64,000 bases of DNA from Phoronis australis (taxonomy: Eukaryota; Animalia; Phoronida): contig NMRA01000082.1 in NCBI GenBank assembly GCA_002633005.1, positions 907,988-971,987 on the forward strand. Direction: 5' to 3'. The position numbers and the translations under genes were made by a program. Below, piece by piece: positions 63,744-64,000 of the stretch (its first letter is position 1; every line of letters starts with the position of its first letter). The notes beneath the pieces were generated by a model. That model was not told where the DNA came from. It worked only from the letters and a program-made list of their open reading frames with translations, and ran no database searches.

Positions 63744-63836
63744 CGGGGAAAATACCTGCCACAGGAAACCAAGTGACCACTGTACCGCCTTCAGTCAGCG
63801 CCCCACAGTCGTTTGTTCCTCAGCCGGATATTGGAG
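63744..63836 (+). CDS. Secreted protein, third coding exon, Pro/Ser/Thr linker (GKIPATGNQVTTVPPSVSAPQSFVPQPDIG); gene continues beyond the window
   Basis: ttttgttgcag|CG ... GGAG|gtaggc; 93 nt, phase 1-1. Confidence 0.7.
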
Positions 63837-64000
63837 GTAGGCAAGTGAAGGGTTGGTGATATATCAAGGCTTGGAATTTTCTGCGGAAACGCGGATTTCC
63901 GCTTTTTTCAAATGTTCTGTCCGCGTATTTTATTATATTTCTGCGTAAAAAAAAATCGGATTTGATATAAAATTTCCGCGGTAAATTCCTTTCTTACCAC

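Overview
Intron-rich animal genomic DNA (about 40% GC; probably a marine invertebrate, which is an inference) from a draft assembly with one 634-nt N gap and three single-N joins. From left to right: (1) 401-19178 (+) holds the 3' part (12 coding exons, about 2,240 aa in window) of a giant single-pass receptor made of MEGF10/SCARF-type 8-Cys EGF-like repeats. It was built by tandem duplication of a whole exon cassette and carries a gene-conversion tract. (2) A Penelope-like retroelement remnant with a decayed hammerhead ribozyme lies near 26.8-27.0 kb. (3) Two intact tandem paralogs of the complex I PSST subunit NDUFS7 lie on the minus strand (27764-35358 and 52926-57033). Both have unusual substitutions in the quinone-channel region. 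They share a near-identical exon 5 flanked by an exon-derived minisatellite and a conserved promoter module, and one copy has a GC-AG intron. (4) Between them are a solo LTR and a disrupted intronless gene for a TPR + GlnD/GlnE-like (DUF294-type) nucleotidyltransferase. (5) The first exons of a secreted protein start at 61433 (+). Several near-identical duplications between 41.8 and 53.8 kb are best explained as uncollapsed haplotypes or contig overlaps. All alignments and counts were done by eye; no database searches were run.
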